39,031 bases of DNA from contig CAZUZX010000001.1 in assembly GCA_964624525.1 (NCBI GenBank), positions 1 through 39,031 of the forward strand, in the 5' to 3' direction. Made by a program: the position numbers and the translations under genes. The DNA is from an uncultured Dehalococcoidia bacterium. GTDB lineage: Bacteria; Chloroflexota; Dehalococcoidia; UBA2247; RBG-13-53-26. This document shows positions 8,897 through 18,043 of the stretch, piece by piece (the first letter of the stretch is position 1; each line of letters starts with the position of its first letter). The notes under the pieces were generated by a model. It had not been told where the DNA came from. It did not search any database and saw nothing but the letters and a program-made list of their open reading frames with translations.

Positions 8897-9457
8897 ATGA
8901 TTGACGCTGGTGAGCTTAGGAAAGGTTTAACCATAGAACTGGAGGGTCGAGTCTACCGCATTCTTGATTATCACCACCTCAAGCTAGGGAGAGGTAGTGC
9001 CCAGCTTAGACTGAAACTCCGCGACCTTCGGGCAGGTCATATAATCGAGCGTGCCTTTCAAGCAAGCGAAAGATTTATACAAGCGCGCCTGGAACGTCGC
9101 AACGTACAATATCTCTACCACGAAGGGGGGCTTTATTACTTTATGGATACTGAAAACTTTGAACAGACCCCCCTTAATGCTGCCCTCTTGGGCGAGGCTC
9201 TTAATTATTTGAAGGATGGCATGACTTTAGGGCTGCTAAGTTACAATGATGAAGCTGTCGGGGTAGAGTTACCTGTAGCCGTAGAACTTCAAGTCGCTGA
9301 AACAGGTCCTGGTTTTAAAGGAGACACAGCCACTCCGGGAAGTAAACCAGCTACTCTAGAGACTGGTCTGGTAATCCAAGTTCCTTTCTTTATTAACCGT
9401 GGTGATATAGTTAAAGTTGACACTCGCACTGGCGAATATCTAGAAAGGGTGAGTTAA
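8897..9457 (+). CDS. efp: Translation elongation factor P (Arg at loop tip)
   Basis: 186-aa ORF. GRGSAQLRLKLRDL, ETGPGFKGDTATPGSKPATLETG and VQVPFFI..GD.VKVDTRTGEY match EF-P over the full length. Confidence 0.96.
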   Translation: MIDAGELRKGLTIELEGRVYRILDYHHLKLGRGSAQLRLKLRDLRAGHIIERAFQASERFIQARLERRNVQYLYHEGGLYYFMDTENFEQTPLNAALLGEALNYLKDGMTLGLLSYNDEAVGVELPVAVELQVAETGPGFKGDTATPGSKPATLETGLVIQVPFFINRGDIVKVDTRTGEYLERVS

Positions 9458-9460
9458 TCT

Positions 9461-10108
9461 TTGTTAAAAGCTGACCTTCATATTCACACCGCATACTCTT
9501 TTGACTGCAACATGTCACTAGAAAGTATCACCAATCGCTGTATTAAAGTAGGGATTAATTGTATTGCTGTAGCTGACCATGGTGCTATTACTGGTGCCCT
9601 CAAACTAAATGAAATCGCCCCCTTCACCGTAATTGTGGCTGAAGAGATTCTTACCCCCCTAGGAGAGATTATGGGGTTATTCCTTAGCCATGAAATACCC
9701 AGTGGAATTTCTGCTGAAGAGGCAATTGCTCGGATTAAAGCCCAGGGAGGCTTAGTGTGCCTTCCCCACCCATTCGATCGCCTGAGAGGGGTAAAGTTGC
9801 GGGAAGCAGAAAGGCTTTTACCCGATATTGACATTATTGAGGTATTTAATTCTCGTGCCCTTGCCTTAGGCAATTCCGATAAAGAAGCCAAACTCCTGGC
9901 TCAGAAATATGGGCTTCTTTGCAGTGCTGGTAGTGATGCTCATATTCCCTGGGAAATTGGTCATGCCTATGTGGAGATGCCAGAGTTCAATGGGACGGGA
10001 GAGTTTCGAGTTGCTTTGTCAGAGGGTAAGATCTTTGGTCGCCGTAGCTGCCCCTTGGTTCACATCCCTAGTACCTGGACAAGATATAGGAAGCGATTTC
10101 TAAGCTAA
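9461..10108 (+). CDS. PHP-domain metal-dependent phosphoesterase
   Basis: 215-aa ORF with a TTG start 3 nt after the efp stop. PHP histidine/aspartate motifs are present: DLHIHTAYSFDC, VADHG, LPHPFD and SDAH. Confidence 0.8.
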   Translation: MLKADLHIHTAYSFDCNMSLESITNRCIKVGINCIAVADHGAITGALKLNEIAPFTVIVAEEILTPLGEIMGLFLSHEIPSGISAEEAIARIKAQGGLVCLPHPFDRLRGVKLREAERLLPDIDIIEVFNSRALALGNSDKEAKLLAQKYGLLCSAGSDAHIPWEIGHAYVEMPEFNGTGEFRVALSEGKIFGRRSCPLVHIPSTWTRYRKRFLS

Positions 10109-10110
10109 GG

Positions 10111-10917
10111 ATGCTAAAAATTGGCTGGTTTTCCACTGGACGGGATAAGGCAGCCCGTGACCTGCTAACAGTGGTAGAAGATGGAATAAAGCAAGGTGAG
10201 ATAAAGGCAAATATTTGTTTTGCCTTCAGCAACCGAGAGCCTGGCGAAACTATCGAAAGTGACCTCTTCTTTAAATTAGTGAAAAGCTATCGTATCCCTC
10301 TTGTTTACTTTTCATCTCAGAAATTCAAGCCACAAAGGAGGACTGAATCACTCCCGCAGTGGCGGTTAGAATATGACCGAGAAGTAATGAAACAACTTAA
10401 AGAGTTTTATCCTGACTTATGCGTGCTTGCTGGTTACATGCTTATTATAGGGGAGGAGATGTGCCGGAAATACAACATGATTAACTTGCACCCGGCAGCC
10501 CCGGGGGGTCCTACTGGTACTTGGCAAGAGGTAATCTGGAAGTTAATTGAGCATAGAGCTTCTCAAACAGGAGTAATGATGCACTTAGTAACCCCTGAGT
10601 TAGATAAGGGACCTGCGGTAACCTTCTGCACCTTCTCTATTAGAGGTGAGCCCTTTGATAAATACTGGAAAGATATAGAGAGACATTCTCTCGAACAAAT
10701 AAAAAAGCAGCAGGGGGAAGATAGTCCTCTATTCAAGCTCATCCGCCAGCATGGCTTAGCGAGAGAATTCCCTTTGATTACTGCTACTCTCAAAGCCTTC
10801 AGTGAAGGCGAAGTCAAGATAGATAAAGGAAGGGTAGTCGATACTAGTGGAAAAATTATTCAGGGCTATGATTTGACACTGGAGATAGACAAAATCATAC
10901 GAAAAGAGGCTAAGTGA
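10111..10917 (+). CDS. Formyltransferase-fold (PurN-like) protein, function unknown
   Basis: 268-aa ORF. INLHPAAP (Asn-x-His) and TPELDKGP (Asp) correspond to the PurN catalytic triad. The C-terminal ~90 aa resembles no family I recognise. Confidence 0.65.
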   Translation: MLKIGWFSTGRDKAARDLLTVVEDGIKQGEIKANICFAFSNREPGETIESDLFFKLVKSYRIPLVYFSSQKFKPQRRTESLPQWRLEYDREVMKQLKEFYPDLCVLAGYMLIIGEEMCRKYNMINLHPAAPGGPTGTWQEVIWKLIEHRASQTGVMMHLVTPELDKGPAVTFCTFSIRGEPFDKYWKDIERHSLEQIKKQQGEDSPLFKLIRQHGLAREFPLITATLKAFSEGEVKIDKGRVVDTSGKIIQGYDLTLEIDKIIRKEAK

Positions 10918-11903
10918 GCTACTCTATCTGTTTTGACCTGGAGGGACCCCTATCACCACAAGACAATGCCTATGAGCTAATGAAGCTATTCCCTCAGGGT
11001 GATAAGGTATTTGAGATTATCAGCCGCTATGATGACCTATTAACCTTGGAAGAAAAGCCCAGCTATGAGCCAGGGGATACCCTGGCTCTTATCGTGCCTT
11101 TCCTTCTTCACCACGGTGTAAGAGAGAACGATATCAGAAGGTTAGCCCAGAGGGCAAAACTGGTGGATGGTGCCAGCAAGCTTATTTTCGGTCTTCACTT
11201 TCGGCGTTGGAAGGTATTCTGCATTAGTACCAGCTATGAGCAATATGCCCTCACCATCACCCAGAGATTGGGCATTGCCCCGGAAAATGTTGCTTGCACT
11301 CACTTTCCTTTAGATAGTTACGTTCAGGTATTATGTAAAGAAAGCCTCGCCAGGGTAGAGAAGGTAGAAAAGGACATTTTAACCTTGCCTCTCGGGGACG
11401 ATGAGCAGATAAAGCGTCGTTTAGACCAGTTCTTCTGGTCTGAGTTGCCCACTACAGAGCTAGGTAAAATTATGGAGAAAGTAAAACCTGTCGGAGGAAG
11501 GAGGAAGGTAGAGGTGTTAAGGAAATTTGCCGAAAGCTACGGACAACCTCTGAGCAGCTTTGTTGTTGTTGGTGATAGCATTACCGATTTTAGGATGCTA
11601 CAAGCCATCAACCAATCAGGAGGGTTAGCTATTGCCTTTAACGCTAATGAATACGCCTTGCCCTACGCCACTTTGGGTTTAGCTTCTACCCACTTGAGCG
11701 ATTTAGCCCCAATTCTAGATACCTGGGAGAAAGGTGGCAGGGAGGCAGTAAAAGGGCTGGTGAGAGAAAAGGAAAAAATTAAAAGTATGGGGAACCGCGA
11801 GAACTTTCATTGGCTGGATGGCGTCAAAGACCTGAAGCCACCTCTGGAGGTTCACCGCCGCATCCGTCGCCTTGTCCGAGAGGAAGCAGCCAAATTGGGC
11901 TGA
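10914..11903 (+). CDS. Atypical HAD-superfamily protein (EhaR-like, from memory)
   Basis: 329-aa ORF with a GTG start in a GTGA overlap with the previous stop. The N-terminal CFDLEGPLS is a HAD motif I with Glu in place of the second Asp, and VVVGDSITDF matches motif IV. The EhaR resemblance is recollection only. Confidence 0.5.
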   Translation: MSYSICFDLEGPLSPQDNAYELMKLFPQGDKVFEIISRYDDLLTLEEKPSYEPGDTLALIVPFLLHHGVRENDIRRLAQRAKLVDGASKLIFGLHFRRWKVFCISTSYEQYALTITQRLGIAPENVACTHFPLDSYVQVLCKESLARVEKVEKDILTLPLGDDEQIKRRLDQFFWSELPTTELGKIMEKVKPVGGRRKVEVLRKFAESYGQPLSSFVVVGDSITDFRMLQAINQSGGLAIAFNANEYALPYATLGLASTHLSDLAPILDTWEKGGREAVKGLVREKEKIKSMGNRENFHWLDGVKDLKPPLEVHRRIRRLVREEAAKLG

Positions 11904-11918
11904 GCCTTTCTACTCAGC
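11899..11918. terminator. Hairpin spanning the stops of two convergent genes
   Basis: gctgag (11899-11904) pairs with ctcagc (11913-11918) around an 8-nt loop. It covers the TGA of the HAD-like gene and the stop of the MoaD-like gene. There is no U tract. Confidence 0.2.
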
Positions 11919-12201
11919 CGCCTCCTAGAGGTGGAAATAGCGATATCTCATCACCTTCCCTTAATGGAATATCAAATTCGTATGGGTGAACTATATCTCT
12001 TCCGTTCAACAATACCAATACTGCTACTACACCCTCGGATATACTGTTGGTGTATTGCTTAAATTCCGGATATCTATGCTTGAGTTCCGCTATCACATCC
12101 TTTACTTTGGAGCCCTCCTTCATTTCCAGTATAACTTGTTTCCCGATAGTCTCCCGCAGTGTTGCAAAGGGACATACATTTACCAACATCTTTCGATCCA
12201 A
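11914..12201 (-). CDS. MoaD/ThiS-family sulfur-carrier-like protein
   Basis: 95-aa ORF ending ...EGDEISLFPPLGGG (C-terminal Gly-Gly). The beta-grasp-type sequence lies immediately downstream of the AOR gene. Confidence 0.8.
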   Translation of the reverse strand: MDRKMLVNVCPFATLRETIGKQVILEMKEGSKVKDVIAELKHRYPEFKQYTNSISEGVVAVLVLLNGRDIVHPYEFDIPLREGDEISLFPPLGGG

Positions 12202-12268
12202 AAACTAATTCAGATTTTACTTACGCTGAAGGCGCTCCTTCTCAGCTTTAAAATAGCCAAGCGTGCTC

Positions 12269-14095
12269 TTACAACCCCAATGACTTCATCTTCCTCGCCA
12301 GTGGGCGTCCCTGCCTATCCAGCTTTCTTACCTGATAATACTCATCCAGCATCTGGTCAAATTGCTCTCGGTTTACAACCTCTCCCTTACCAGGTCCCTG
12401 CCGTAGAGGTTCATTAAAATATCTAGGGGGCAAAGTATCATCTTTCCTTCCAAGTCCTTCCCTGGCATTAAACGCTCTCTCGAGGGTAAATATCCTATCA
12501 CCTATAGTCATTAGCTCAGCTTCATCAATATCAAAGCCAGTAGCCTTAGACACCATCTCTGCATACATGGGTCCCGTAATCGCCCAATTGGTGAAGTCAC
12601 ACATTGTCATAGAGTCCATGATTGCTGATACATCCTGAAAGGTCTTGAGCCAGGGACCCTTTCCCTGATAGGAGTAACGATCCACCGGTTTCGGATGCCT
12701 GAAAACCTCCGCCTTTATGATGTTACCTCTATTGTGGGAAGCTCCCATATTGGAAGTGGCATAAGCCAGTGCCATTCCCTTTGCCCCTCTGACATCATAC
12801 CCAGTAAGCTCCAAACCTTTGACGTGCATGGCAAACTTTCCCGAGCCTTTCCCTATTTTTTCAGCAGCTACCTTAACACCATCTGCTAGCAATGACCCGA
12901 TGCCTTCCTTCTTAGCTATCTTCTCCACCACTCGCAGCATTCCTTGGTGATTTCCGAACTTAAGCTCTATACCATCGGTATCTTTCTTAGTTAGCAAGCC
13001 TCTCTCATAGCACTCCATAGCAAAAGCTATTATGTTTCCTGTCGATATTGTATCCAGACCAAGCTGATTGCATAGCTGATTGGCTTTCACCAACGCACCC
13101 AGATTGTCTATCCCGCAGCTCGACCCCATGAGAGCCAAAGTTTCGAACTCCGGACCTGCTCCCTTTATTCCAGCATAGGGTTCCTCCTTCACCTCCACCA
13201 TTTGGGCACAAGCTATAGGACAACCCCAGCAAGGGTTTTTGCCTACGTTAATGGTTTTCTCTATGGTCTCGCCACTAATATTTGAGGCTCCTTCAAAGAC
13301 ACACTCCTGGAAATTCCTTGTAGGCAGTAAACCCCGCGTGTTGAACTGATTAACACTCGACGCAGTACCGAGACGGTTCATTACCCCATCGTGCCGAACG
13401 GTAGGGTGCTTGCTCATTGCTTCCCTAGCTACTTTCACAGCTTCGTCAAACGCTTTAGAGTTGGCTACCTCTATCTTTTGGTCTCCATATACCACAATTG
13501 CCTTGAGGTTCTTCGAGCCCATCACTGCACCAACACCACCCCTCCCCGCTGCTCTATGCTTGTCGTTGATGAGACAAGACCGCTTTACCAGATTCTCACC
13601 GGCTGGTCCAATACAACAGACTCTTGCCTTATCACTGGTTTCCTTCCTCAAGGCATCGTCCGTTTCTGCTGTATCCTTACCCCAAACCCTGCTGGCACTC
13701 TTTATCTCGCATTTGCCGTTGTTGATCCATAGATAAACAGGCTTAGCAGATTTCCCTTCAACAACTATTGCATCAAAGCCAGTGCACTTGAGCATGTGAC
13801 CAAATTGGCCTCCAGACAAGGTGGTTAATATAGCGCCGGTAGCTGGCGATTTGGTAATCACACAATAGAAACCAGAGGAGGGTGCTCTTGTCCCGGTAAG
13901 CGGTCCGGTGGCAAATATCATCTTGTTATCCGGGCTCAAGGGGTCAGTATTTGGTTTAAGTTCGTCATAGAGGATCTTTACTCCCAGTCCTCTCCCCCCC
14001 AGGAAATTGCGCAGAACCTCCTGTTTCGGAGTCTCTACTTTAACAGAGCCCGACGTCAGGTTCACCCTCAATAGCTTACCCATATATCCCTTCAT
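12269..14095 (-). CDS. aor: Tungsten-type aldehyde:ferredoxin oxidoreductase (AOR family)
   Basis: 608-aa ORF. N-terminus GKLLRVNLTSG, cluster motif NPCWGCPIAC plus the distal MCDF cysteine, GLDTISTG and YATSNMGASH are AOR family signatures. Confidence 0.93.
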   Translation of the reverse strand: MKGYMGKLLRVNLTSGSVKVETPKQEVLRNFLGGRGLGVKILYDELKPNTDPLSPDNKMIFATGPLTGTRAPSSGFYCVITKSPATGAILTTLSGGQFGHMLKCTGFDAIVVEGKSAKPVYLWINNGKCEIKSASRVWGKDTAETDDALRKETSDKARVCCIGPAGENLVKRSCLINDKHRAAGRGGVGAVMGSKNLKAIVVYGDQKIEVANSKAFDEAVKVAREAMSKHPTVRHDGVMNRLGTASSVNQFNTRGLLPTRNFQECVFEGASNISGETIEKTINVGKNPCWGCPIACAQMVEVKEEPYAGIKGAGPEFETLALMGSSCGIDNLGALVKANQLCNQLGLDTISTGNIIAFAMECYERGLLTKKDTDGIELKFGNHQGMLRVVEKIAKKEGIGSLLADGVKVAAEKIGKGSGKFAMHVKGLELTGYDVRGAKGMALAYATSNMGASHNRGNIIKAEVFRHPKPVDRYSYQGKGPWLKTFQDVSAIMDSMTMCDFTNWAITGPMYAEMVSKATGFDIDEAELMTIGDRIFTLERAFNAREGLGRKDDTLPPRYFNEPLRQGPGKGEVVNREQFDQMLDEYYQVRKLDRQGRPLARKMKSLGL

Positions 14096-14135
14096 CTTGG
14101 CTGCCTCCTTAATATTTTAAAGGTTGGAAATCTGT

Positions 14136-15002
14136 CTATGTTTTCTTTCTTGACTTGGGAATGTCGCGAGGTACGGGACCAATATATTCCCCGCAGGGAT
14201 CTGGGATGACTCGAAACGGTGTCCCTTCTCTTATCTCCTCAACTGCCATAGCAATCATCCCCGGTATCATTGTTACTGCGTAGACTAGCTCCATCGCCAG
14301 TGGGTCGAATCCCATATCAGCCATAAGAGCACCTGCCAACCCGTCCGTATTTTGCACCATGGCTCTTCCCAGATCTTTCTCCAGCTCCTTTTGAATAAGG
14401 TCATACATCCTCACGTGTGGTCCTTCCATTTTAAGCTTCCGAGCTAACTTGCGAAGCTTTACTGTCCTCGGGTCCTCTGTGTGTATGGGATGTCCAAATC
14501 CAGGTAATCTCTCTCCCCTCCCCCGAGCTTCCCTAACGACCCTTTTGGCTGCCTCCTCCATAGTTAAACCATAATCTGCACTATCAAAGGACTTCTTGAC
14601 CATCCCATAGGCCTTCATGAGCATCTCAGCACAATACCGAGGAGCCCCAGCCTGATACTGGCCTACAGTAAGGACACCAGCAGCAACAGCAGCTACTGCA
14701 TTTGGGTTACCTGAGGCGACGAATTTAGCTACAGGCTCAGCCTCGTCTATGAAATAGTGGCTGATGCCACTACTGAGTATGGCTTCAAACATCGCCGCTG
14801 TTCGCTCATCAGGCAACTCCCCCTGGATAGTGAGATACATTATCTCGGCAAAGGTGAAATTCCCTATAAGGTCAGAGAGCAAATAACCACGGACGCGGAT
14901 TTCATTCGGGGCAACCGAGCTTACCTTAGTCTTAAAATAGCCTTTCCACTCGTCATACTCCTTCAGTATCCGCTGTACTTCTTCCTTCGTCCTTTCTGGC
15001 AT
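14136..15002 (-). CDS. Short citrate-synthase-family protein (citryl-CoA lyase-like)
   Basis: 288-aa ORF with the citrate synthase active-site-type motif RLPGFGHPIH. Its length fits the short citryl-CoA-lyase branch rather than a full citrate synthase. Confidence 0.7.
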   Translation of the reverse strand: MPERTKEEVQRILKEYDEWKGYFKTKVSSVAPNEIRVRGYLLSDLIGNFTFAEIMYLTIQGELPDERTAAMFEAILSSGISHYFIDEAEPVAKFVASGNPNAVAAVAAGVLTVGQYQAGAPRYCAEMLMKAYGMVKKSFDSADYGLTMEEAAKRVVREARGRGERLPGFGHPIHTEDPRTVKLRKLARKLKMEGPHVRMYDLIQKELEKDLGRAMVQNTDGLAGALMADMGFDPLAMELVYAVTMIPGMIAMAVEEIREGTPFRVIPDPCGEYIGPVPRDIPKSRKKT

Positions 15003-15068
15003 AACATTGACCTCCTTACTTCATAATTAGACAAATTGCCTAATTTAACCCACTCAAAGATTGTTAGT

Positions 15069-15521
15069 TTACGCTACTATCTTCTTCGCTATTAGTAAAG
15101 TATGCTCTCCTCTCTGGACTTGCTCACCTCTCTGATTCACAATAGACATGTCAAAGCTAACAATCCCTCTATCGGCTTTCTTCGTCTCCTTCTTGGCAAT
15201 AACTTTAGTCTTTGATCTTATTGTGTCTCCTAACATGATGGGAGCTTTAAATTCCCAAGAGGACAAACCTAAATAAGCCAAAGCCGTAGTAGTCATCAGC
15301 CCCATTCTCTGAAACAATCCAAATCCTATTGACAGCCCTAATAATCCATGGGCAACCCTTGCTTTGAACATGGTGGTCTTAGCAAATTCTGCATCAGTAT
15401 GAAGTGGGTTATAATCCCCGGTGAGCCCGGCAAAAAGCATTACATCTGCTTCAGTGACTGTTCTAGAAGGGGAAACGAATTCATCGCCTATTTTGTAGTC
15501 TTCAAAATAAAGCGATTCCAT
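15069..15521 (-). CDS. MaoC-like (R)-specific enoyl-CoA hydratase / hot-dog dehydratase
   Basis: The ORF track gives 15069-15560 (TTG start). I prefer the ATG at 15521 because MESLYFEDYKIGDEF is a typical MaoC N-terminus. GDYNPLHTD...A.......VAHG is the MaoC hydratase motif. Confidence 0.85.
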   Translation of the reverse strand: MESLYFEDYKIGDEFVSPSRTVTEADVMLFAGLTGDYNPLHTDAEFAKTTMFKARVAHGLLGLSIGFGLFQRMGLMTTTALAYLGLSSWEFKAPIMLGDTIRSKTKVIAKKETKKADRGIVSFDMSIVNQRGEQVQRGEHTLLIAKKIVA

Positions 15522-15604
15522 TTGCGGTATAATTATAACCAGAGTAATAAAATTGGTCAATTTTCAAAGGCTCTCTCCTGGCGAAAATAGTAGGGGCTAA
15601 GACT

Positions 15605-16588
15605 ATGAAATCCATTGAGGTTATCGGAATAGGAGCGATGAACATTGACCAGTTGTATTGTGTAGAACGCATTCTTGCTGATGGTGAAGCTTCGGTGAAA
15701 GAATTTAGCTCCCAGCCCGGCGGCTCAGCAGCTAACACTATCTATGGACTAGCCAGGTTGGCGATAAGGTCGGGCTTTATTGGCGCCGTGGGCGATGACG
15801 AAACAGGGAAGACATTAGTAGAAGATTTCGCTCGGGGAGGCGTTGACATCAGTCAGATCAAAGTTAAAAAAGGGTCAGAAACAGGCTCAGTACTTTGTCT
15901 CAGCGATAAGCAAGGCAGACGTTCTCTCTATGTCCTGCCTGGCGCCAACAGTCTATTAGATGAAGAGGATGTAGATTTAGAGTATATAAATCAGGCAAAA
16001 GTCCTTCACCTTTCCTCTTTTATCAACGACCGACAGTTTGAGCTACAAAAGCAAATAGTAGCTCGCCTTAGTCCCTCAGTTAAAGTCAGCTTTTCTCCCG
16101 GGTCAATATACGCCACTAAAGGTATTCATCAACTTGCCCCGCTGCTGAACAAAACTTACGTGCTATTTCTCAACCGGAACGAAATGGAGCAACTAACTGG
16201 GGAGGATTTTATTACCGGGGCAAAAAGGTGCTTAGAGCAAGGTTGTTACCTAGTGGTGACCACCTTAGGAGGCACTAAAACCAAGCTATCCGAAAAGGGC
16301 GGTCAAAGGGCTACCCTTGCCTGTTACATCCTCCACGACGACGGAGAATATCTGATTGAGTCGAAAGGAGGTCAAGAAGAACCTAGCGTGGATACCACAG
16401 GGGCTGGAGATGCTTTTGCCGCTGGATTTCTTTATGGACTCCTAAAGGGAAAGGATTTGCCACAATGTGGGTTCTTAGGTGATATTATGGCTCGTTTTTC
16501 CATCACTAAAATAGGTGCGAGAGAGGGTCTCCCCTCTCTCGCTGAGCTGTCTCAAAAATACTATGCCAGCTTTGAGCAATGGCTATAA
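15605..16588 (+). CDS. PfkB-family carbohydrate/ribokinase-like kinase
   Basis: 327-aa ORF with GGSAANT near the N-terminus and the PfkB signature DTTGAGDAFAAGFLYGL near the C-terminus. Confidence 0.88.
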   Translation: MKSIEVIGIGAMNIDQLYCVERILADGEASVKEFSSQPGGSAANTIYGLARLAIRSGFIGAVGDDETGKTLVEDFARGGVDISQIKVKKGSETGSVLCLSDKQGRRSLYVLPGANSLLDEEDVDLEYINQAKVLHLSSFINDRQFELQKQIVARLSPSVKVSFSPGSIYATKGIHQLAPLLNKTYVLFLNRNEMEQLTGEDFITGAKRCLEQGCYLVVTTLGGTKTKLSEKGGQRATLACYILHDDGEYLIESKGGQEEPSVDTTGAGDAFAAGFLYGLLKGKDLPQCGFLGDIMARFSITKIGAREGLPSLAELSQKYYASFEQWL

Positions 16589-16597
16589 GATAAAATC

Positions 16598-17380
16598 TTA
16601 TCGCCCTTTGAACTCTGGCTTTCTCTTTTGAGCAAAGGCTATGGCACCTTCTTTGGAATCTTCACTTGCACCAAGGGATTTCGAGAAATATTGCTCCAAG
16701 CGTATCCCGTCAGCTAGGCTCATCTGCATTCCCCGATAAGCAACCTCCTTTATTGCCATAACTGCCAAGGGTCCATTTTCAGCAATTCGATTAGCCAGTT
16801 CCTCAGCTGCCAGCATAAGCCCTGCTAGAGGAACCACCTTATTGACCAATCCAATGCGATAAGCCTCTTGGGCATCAATAAAGTCGCCAGTTAAGAGTAT
16901 CTCCATCGCCTTACAAAAGGGCACAAGACGGGGCAATCGCTGGGTCCCACTCATAGAGGGCATAAGAGCTTGCTTCACTTCCCTCAGACCTAAGGTAGCA
17001 TTCTCAGCGGCGATCCTGATATCGCAAGCCATTGCCAGCTCTAGCCCACCGCCAGTAGCAATGCCGTTGATAGCAGCGATGAACGGTTTCCATACCTCCA
17101 ATCCACGCATGGGGGTAATCTCAGGCACTGGAGAAAGGGGTCGCTGCTCTTCTGGCATCATCATCCACTGAGCTATTTCCTTCAGGTCTGCTCCAGCTGA
17201 GAAGGCTTTATCTCCAGCACCAGTTACAATGGCTATCCTCACCTCACGATCATCCCTAACACTTATCCAGGCATTGATTAAACCTTCCCATGCCTCCGAA
17301 TTAATAGCATTCCGTGCTTCGGGGCGATTTAATGTAATGTAAGCAATATGCCCCTTTTTCTCATAAAGAACTGCTGGCAT
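16598..17380 (-). CDS. Enoyl-CoA hydratase/isomerase (crotonase) family protein
   Basis: 260-aa ORF. ITLNRPEARNA, FSAGADLKE, AAINGIATGGGLELAMACDIRIA and C-terminal AFAQKRKPEFKGR are crotonase-fold motifs. Confidence 0.9.
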   Translation of the reverse strand: MPAVLYEKKGHIAYITLNRPEARNAINSEAWEGLINAWISVRDDREVRIAIVTGAGDKAFSAGADLKEIAQWMMMPEEQRPLSPVPEITPMRGLEVWKPFIAAINGIATGGGLELAMACDIRIAAENATLGLREVKQALMPSMSGTQRLPRLVPFCKAMEILLTGDFIDAQEAYRIGLVNKVVPLAGLMLAAEELANRIAENGPLAVMAIKEVAYRGMQMSLADGIRLEQYFSKSLGASEDSKEGAIAFAQKRKPEFKGR

Positions 17381-17394
17381 AACAAACCTCCTTC

Positions 17395-18015
17395 CTATTT
17401 TAGCTTTGCTTCTTCCTTAGGTGCTTTAATTAAGACCTCATCTATAATGCCATATTCTACCGCTTGCGCCGGATTCAGATAGAAATCACGGTCAGTGTCA
17501 TGGGCAATTTTCTCTACTGGCTGACTGGTATGCTTCGCCAAGATACTGCGAATTATTTCTTGTAGACGCATAATCTCCCTGGCAGCAATGGCTATATCTG
17601 CCGCTTGACCTTGAGCACCGCCCACTGCCTGGTGCATGTGGATAGTGGCATTAGGGAGAGCATAGCGTTTCCCTTTAGCCCCTGAAGCTAAGAGAAGAGT
17701 ACCCATACTAGCGGCTAAACCAACACAGATAGTGGATACATCAGGGCGGACGAGCTGTATAGTATCATAGATAGCCAAGCCAGCGCTGATTATACCACCA
17801 GGACAATTGATATAAAGGTGTATGTCCTTATCAGGGTCCTCTCGCTCCAAATACAGAAGCTGAGCAATAATAAGATTAGCTATTTGGTCAGTAATGGGTG
17901 TCCCAAGGAAAACAACGCGCTCTTTCAACAGTAACGAATATATATCGAAAGCACGCTCACCACGAGCTCCAGATTCAATCACCATGGGTATTATTCCTCT
18001 AGGCAAACTCTGCAT
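17395..18015 (-). CDS. clpP: ATP-dependent Clp protease proteolytic subunit
   Basis: 206-aa [31 protein letters not shown] (Ser), IHMHQ (His) and DTDRDFYL (Asp) are present. Confidence 0.96.
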   Translation of the reverse strand: MQSLPRGIIPMVIESGARGERAFDIYSLLLKERVVFLGTPITDQIANLIIAQLLYLEREDPDKDIHLYINCPGGIISAGLAIYDTIQLVRPDVSTICVGLAASMGTLLLASGAKGKRYALPNATIHMHQAVGGAQGQAADIAIAAREIMRLQEIIRSILAKHTSQPVEKIAHDTDRDFYLNPAQAVEYGIIDEVLIKAPKEEAKLK

Positions 18016-18043
18016 CGTTAACTCCCTCCCAAAAATCTAGTGT

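Noticed and set aside
8638-8904. 88-aa ORF in the pepP-efp gap
   Set aside because: It is made of the palindromic repeat units, has no SD and is low in complexity. The inverted repeats would force the same peptide on both strands. I treat it as a repeat element rather than a gene.
11986-12417. 143-aa plus-strand ORF
   Set aside because: It is antisense to the MoaD-like gene and the AOR 3' end. Its composition is that of an AT-skewed antisense translation.
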